Of a stretch of 64,000 nucleotides of DNA, positions 62,824 through 64,000 are shown piece after piece. The stretch is taken from sequence record OP557969.1; one strand, written 5' to 3'. The notes beneath the pieces were generated by a model, which ran no database searches, was not told where the DNA came from, and saw nothing but the letters and a program-made list of their open reading frames with translations. The translations under genes and the position numbers were made by a program. Numbering within the stretch: position 1 is the first letter of the stretch; each line of letters starts with the position of its first letter.

Positions 62824-62835
62824 TAGTGTTATAAT
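62807..62835 (+). promoter_or_regulatory. Consensus sigma70 promoter
   Basis: TTGACA-N17-TATAAT. Confidence 0.85.
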
Positions 62836-62867
62836 CACAAGACCAACCGATAAAAGAGGAACTGAAA

Positions 62868-63326
62868 ATGGACGTATTGGCTACCAATTTCAAACGTAAC
62901 ACAGAAGAGCGTGAAGGATACCTTAGTATTAGTGATGTAGTTGCTGATAACTTCAAACAATACATTTTTAATAGTGCGATTAAGTTAAAATGCACAAAGG
63001 ATGCTCCAGACCGTAGTTTTACTAAATGGATTGCATATTGGGAAGATTCACCAATTGCAATTGAAATGACAGTTATTACAACAGTTCTGGAAACGGGATA
63101 TATCAAAGCTATTGTAGTTGATAAGAAAGTCAGATCTCTTGATGAAATTAACCCATATCCAGCCCGAAATTCTAAAGTTTTTGGGTTTTTGGTTGAAGGT
63201 AAGTTTATGATTGAAAAAGATGCAAAAGAATATGTAATTAATATGCTACAAACACCAACCGAGAAAAAAAAGGTCGTTGACCAGAATGCTATTGATTCAA
63301 TCAAGAAAGCATGGGGACTTAAGTAA
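62868..63326 (+). CDS. Hypothetical protein
   Basis: ORF track; GAGGA RBS. Confidence 0.75.
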   Translation: MDVLATNFKRNTEEREGYLSISDVVADNFKQYIFNSAIKLKCTKDAPDRSFTKWIAYWEDSPIAIEMTVITTVLETGYIKAIVVDKKVRSLDEINPYPARNSKVFGFLVEGKFMIEKDAKEYVINMLQTPTEKKKVVDQNAIDSIKKAWGLK

Positions 63327-63750
63327 CATGTTCACACTAAGTAATACAAAATATCTTTTTCTTATTAGTATTATTGGTTGGGTTATGGCTCCAGTGCTTA
63401 ATGCACTGGGGATTCCAGAGGGACACAAACTTGTCAATATTTCAGGTTTAATCCAAGCTATTTCGTGGTATTCATTAATCATATTTTTTGTGTGTATTAA
63501 CACATTTGCACGCGAGTATCGACGCTTACTTTATTTTAAAGTTTTCGGAACTACATACTATAGTTTTCTTTATACATTTATTTTAGTTCCATGTGTAGTA
63601 TATGCCTTTGTTTATGATTACTATACATATATGTGGGTGTGTAGTACAATGTTTGTTATGTTAGAATATACAAGAACTGTTCAAAACTCATATGCAGAAG
63701 AGTTTCATGATCAAGAAGTTAAACGCAAATTAACGGAGCTAAACAAATGA
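63277..63750 (+). CDS. Multi-pass membrane protein (likely start 63328)
   Basis: ORF track; four hydrophobic segments. Confidence 0.65.
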   Translation: MTRMLLIQSRKHGDLSNMFTLSNTKYLFLISIIGWVMAPVLNALGIPEGHKLVNISGLIQAISWYSLIIFFVCINTFAREYRRLLYFKVFGTTYYSFLYTFILVPCVVYAFVYDYYTYMWVCSTMFVMLEYTRTVQNSYAEEFHDQEVKRKLTELNK

Positions 63751-64000
63751 GAGTATATAATAAAATTTGTATTTTTGTATTTTTAGTTTGTGCGTTCAAT
63801 TCCTTTGGTTATTACTGCAACGAAAACAATATTTCATATGGATTAAATCCTTTGTGGTTTTCAATTTCAAATGTAGTTCAAATTGGTATTGCTATTATGT
63901 CTGCCCTTATGTTCTGTCCAATTGTCACAATGGATACTGATCATGAAAGGCTTGGATTTATCCGTGATACTGGTGACGAACCTTACAGTAGATTGATTGT
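63747..64000 (+). CDS. Membrane protein, truncated at the window end
   Basis: ATG 63747 overlapping the upstream stop (ATGA), GGAG RBS, frame open to 64000. Confidence 0.6.
   Translation, partial: MRVYNKICIFVFLVCAFNSFGYYCNENNISYGLNPLWFSISNVVQIGIAIMSALMFCPIVTMDTDHERLGFIRDTGDEPYSRLI

Overview
A 64-kb segment of an AT-rich (roughly 30-33% GC by inspection) T4-related jumbo myovirus of enterobacteria. Gene content and GC resemble the RaK2/K64-1-type Klebsiella jumbo phages (inference, no search run). Almost all genes are on the + strand. About 0.4-31 kb holds nucleotide metabolism and replication genes (nrdA, nrdB, MazG-like pyrophosphohydrolase, DHFR, RNase H, Dda helicase, two type II topoisomerase subunits, clamp loader, HAD phosphatase, 3'-5' exonuclease, a truncated DnaE-like protein), translation-related genes (IF3, YggL-like, Hfq/Sm-like), GroES, TelA-like and probable virion proteins. 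About 31-64 kb is an accessory region with many small ORFs, a 21-member paralog family (EExxFQxS motif), an intein-containing C5 DNA methyltransferase, an HNH endonuclease, seven conventional-fold tRNAs, sigma70-type promoters and several structured non-coding RNAs. Top finding: two tandem minus-strand genes resembling T4 holin T are each broken by a +1 frameshift at an in-frame CGG-A. The window also encodes an atypical tRNA-Gly-like RNA (50971-51040) that can fold with an 8-nt anticodon loop presenting UCCG, the exact complement of CGGA. Together these suggest natural four-base decoding that gates lysis-gene expression. Other strong signals are a roughly five- to six-fold excess of the palindrome AGTACT, a tRNA-Ser with an ACT anticodon and a ~340-nt structured RNA with its own promoter.
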